In this document: one piece after another, positions 63,505 to 64,000 of the stretch | Layout of the letters: each line of letters begins with the position of its first letter | Position numbering within the stretch: position 1 is the first letter of the stretch | NCBI RefSeq assembly: GCF_006345805.1 | Contig: NC_043003.1 | Coordinates: 62,186,001 to 62,250,000, forward strand | Source: Octopus sinensis | Taxonomy: Eukaryota | DNA: 64,000 nt | Direction of reading: 5' to 3' | Notes under the pieces: model-generated | Database searches by the model: none | What the model saw: only the letters and a program-made list of their open reading frames with translations | Told to the model about the DNA's origin: nothing | Program-made: the position numbers and the translations under genes

Positions 63505-63594
63505 TGTATGTATGTATGTATGTATGTATGTATGTATGTATGTACGTACGTACGTACGTACGTACGTACGTACGTACGTATGTATGTATGTATG
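63469..63594. repeat. Compound (TATG)n-(GTAC)9-(TATG)n microsatellite
   Basis: Direct reading; the GTAC units lie at 63542-63577. Confidence 0.97.
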
Positions 63595-63760
63595 CCAGCA
63601 TTTAATGTTCACTCCCCATGATGTCATGGGTTGGATGATTTGACAGGCTCTGGTGACTTGTGAGGCTGTATCAGGCTCCAGTGTTACCTCTGGCATGGCT
63701 TCTGTGGCTGGATGCCCTTCCTAATGTTAGACATTTTACAGAGTATGCTGGATATACAGA
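63595..63760 (-). mobile_element. RTE 3' terminus
   Basis: CATTTAATGTTC...CATGGGTTGGATGATTTGAC...GCTGGATGCCCTTCCTAATG. Confidence 0.75.
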
Positions 63761-64000
63761 TTGCTATTTGATACTGACACTGCTTCAATCACTAATAACT
63801 AAGTCTGATTATTTGAAATTTTTTTGAGAATATAGCATGACAAACATTTGTGAGTATCAAATGGCACCATTGCTTTTCTATTGTCAGAAATCAAGTTGTT
63901 GTAGACATGGCAACTGTACCATGTATAGATGAATATCAATGAAGAGTTGAAGATGAAGGCTAAGTCACATCCTTCTGGCATAGTCTGAAGACCTTGTAGT

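Overview
AT-rich (roughly two-thirds A+T), microsatellite-dense animal genomic DNA. The repeat complement suggests a cephalopod (Octopus-like) genome; this is an inference from the SINE/RTE types and the (TA)n/(CA)n/(ATG)n density, not a database match. No intact protein-coding gene, rRNA, true tRNA gene or CRISPR array can be supported, and almost all ORFs in the supplied track are microsatellite or transposon-antisense artefacts. The window is a layered record of decayed mobile elements: one near-full-length RTE-clade LINE ORF2 (14821-18224) plus many 5'-truncated RTE copies of two 3'-UTR types, a CR1/L2-like LINE 3' fragment, two RLE-type (R4/Dong-like) fragments, a pogo/Tigger transposase relic, two DD37D (maT-like) Tc1/mariner relics, at least three tRNA-derived SINE families and several MITE or foldback elements. 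The most interesting signals are: (1) RTE copies repeatedly sit in or against (TA)n arrays, with both ends in two cases; (2) a C4HC3 PHD-like module lies inside the RTE reverse transcriptase; (3) the RTE 3' UTR is a modular, variable-number array of hairpin units; (4) a CpG-retaining, highly structured fragment resembling an RTE 5' UTR stands alone; (5) a possible exon or pseudo-exon encodes an RKKR-S...GCICP-x-GP motif. A few weak candidate exons of an unidentified host gene are noted at low confidence.
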